Shown here in pieces: positions 61,163 through 62,611 of a DNA stretch of 62,611 bases. Location of the stretch: contig CAYICS010000004.1 in NCBI GenBank assembly GCA_964362125.1, forward strand, positions 1 through 62,611, written 5' to 3'. The notes under the pieces were generated by a model. The model did not search any database. It saw only the letters and a program-made list of their open reading frames with translations, and was not told the origin of the DNA. Source of the DNA: an uncultured Candidatus Saccharibacteria bacterium (GTDB lineage Bacteria > Patescibacteriota > Minisyncoccia > UBA6257 > UBA11618). Position 1 is the first letter of the stretch. Each line of letters begins with the position of its first letter. The position numbers and the translations under genes were made by a program.

Positions 61163-62440
61163 TTATAATAATCTTACCAACTGCTTAAACTTTTGTCCAC
61201 GATCCGCATAGCTCTTGAACATATCAAAACTAGCGGCGCCGGGGGAGAGGATGACGACATCGCCCGACTGAGCCAGTTTTTTAGCCAGGCCCACCGCTTT
61301 TTTTAAATTCGTACTTTCGTATATTCGTACTTTATTCGTAATTCGTAGAGCTTTCTTGATCTTGTTTTTGTTTTCGCCCATCAGGATCAGGGCGCGAATC
61401 CGAGCTCGGGGCAGGGCTTGGGCCCAAATCTTATAATCCAACCCTTTGTCCTTGCCGCCGACAATCAAGACCTTTGGTTCTCTAAAAGCCCGGGCCGCCG
61501 CCACTGTGCCTTCCGGATCGGTGTTGGCAGAGTCGTTGTAATAGCGAACGTCTTTGAGATTTCGCACAAATTCTAATCTATGTTCATTGCCTTTAAATTT
61601 GGAAATTGCTGCCAATGATTTTTTCAATGGGCAGCCCAGATATTTAGCCGCCGCCAGCGCCGCCTGGGCGTTGCGGAAATTGTGTTGCCCGGGTAATTTT
61701 AGCGTTTTACGAAGAAGCGATCGTTCTTTGGCGCTTATATAATGCCAGACAGAAATCTGCCGGCCCGGGCTTTGCTTGGCAATCCGAGCGGAGAGTTTAT
61801 TGTCAGCCAGATAAAAGATTACATCGTTTGCTGTTTGGCGCTGGGCGATTTGGGACTTGGCTTCGAAGTATTCTTTTAAGTTTTTATGATGATCAAGGTG
61901 ATCAGGAAAAACATCCACTACCACAGCCATCTGGGGCGCCCGGTCAATATCCTGAAGCTGGAAACTGGACAACTCCAAAATCACAATTTCGCGTCCTCGG
62001 AGGACGCGAAATTGGGGAAGAAGGTCTAGGGCCGGGGCGCCGATATTGCCGGCTAGATGCGTCCGCCAACCGGATTTTTTCAGAGCTAGATAAAGCAGGG
62101 TGGCAGTCGTGCCTTTGCCCTTGGTGCCGGTGATGCCGATAACCGGGCAGGGACATTTTTGGAAAAATAATCTGGTTAAACTGGTTATATTAGGGTTTAG
62201 GGTATAGGGTTTAGGGTTTAGTAAGCGATAAGGCACTCCGGGCGACCTAAAAATCAGGTCAAATTTTTTCAGGCCGCGCAAATAGTTTTTGCCCAATTGT
62301 TTGTGGACGCCGGCCGGCACCTTCAGCCGAGCATTTTGATCCAACACCCAAATATCCAATCTATTGATGTGAGACATCAATAGATATTGGTAGATGGCGT
62401 TGCCTTCGCGGCCGAATCCAAGAATGGCAATTTTTGACAT
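61163..62440 (-). CDS. murD: UDP-N-acetylmuramoyl-L-alanine--D-glutamate ligase
   Basis: IAILGFGREG, FRSPG, GITGTKGKGT, LELSSFQL, HLDHH, HRLE, YYNDS, LSPGAASF. Confidence 0.97.
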   Translation of the reverse strand: MSKIAILGFGREGNAIYQYLLMSHINRLDIWVLDQNARLKVPAGVHKQLGKNYLRGLKKFDLIFRSPGVPYRLLNPKPYTLNPNITSLTRLFFQKCPCPVIGITGTKGKGTTATLLYLALKKSGWRTHLAGNIGAPALDLLPQFRVLRGREIVILELSSFQLQDIDRAPQMAVVVDVFPDHLDHHKNLKEYFEAKSQIAQRQTANDVIFYLADNKLSARIAKQSPGRQISVWHYISAKERSLLRKTLKLPGQHNFRNAQAALAAAKYLGCPLKKSLAAISKFKGNEHRLEFVRNLKDVRYYNDSANTDPEGTVAAARAFREPKVLIVGGKDKGLDYKIWAQALPRARIRALILMGENKNKIKKALRITNKVRIYESTNLKKAVGLAKKLAQSGDVVILSPGAASFDMFKSYADRGQKFKQLVRLL

Positions 62441-62514
62441 GGTGCCGACGGCAGGGATCGAACCTGCGACCCAGCGCTTATGAAACGCTTGCTCTGCCAC
62501 TGAGCTACGCCGGC
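62440..62514 (-). tRNA. tRNA with a CAT anticodon (elongator Met or Ile2), CCA encoded
   Basis: GCCGGCG/CGTCGGC acceptor (1-72 paired, so not initiator), TT-CAT-AA loop. Confidence 0.93.
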
Positions 62515-62611
62515 TAATCTGAAATTATCTTATCGCCGAATTGGAGCTTTAGCAACAATTAGGGATGGCTACCCCACAGCTGTGAGACTTGATTTTTATG
62601 ATAATTCTTCT

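Noticed and set aside
62515-62611. Possible gene end at the right edge
   Set aside because: Too short to assign a frame or product.

Overview
This is a chromosomal fragment of a Patescibacteria (CPR, Parcubacteria-like) bacterium using genetic code 11. The assignment rests on a str/S10/spc ribosomal superoperon lacking rpmD (L30), CPR-style Cys-rich surface proteins and pilins, and shortened housekeeping proteins. The window holds surface-protein genes, rmuC, groESL, htpX, a minor-pilin cluster, a complete LIV-type ABC transporter, rpsL to map, ligA, gatCA, murD and three tRNAs (Ser-GGA, Asp-GTC, CAT). The unusual signal is at the gene junctions, and five patterns stand out. (1) Single small genes (two GIY-YIG nucleases and a hollowed four-helix-bundle gene) are each framed by their own inverted repeats. 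One sits exactly in the rplO/secY ATGA overlap with an ATGAA duplication. (2) Many gene-less hairpins of several families (heptamer arrays, a ~100-bp GTATCGATGC element, a 42-bp GC element, 220-260-bp palindromes) sit at stop/start boundaries, nest in each other, and are translated in frame inside murD, ligA, pcm, a pilin and signal peptides. (3) Cargo blocks are bounded by synonymously recoded duplicates of host gene ends (fusA, rplW, livF). (4) Several in-frame hollowed-out mini-genes keep their start and stop codons. (5) There are two candidate structured ncRNAs. No CRISPR array, integrase, transposase or reverse transcriptase is recognisable. All family names come from motif recognition by eye; no database search was run.
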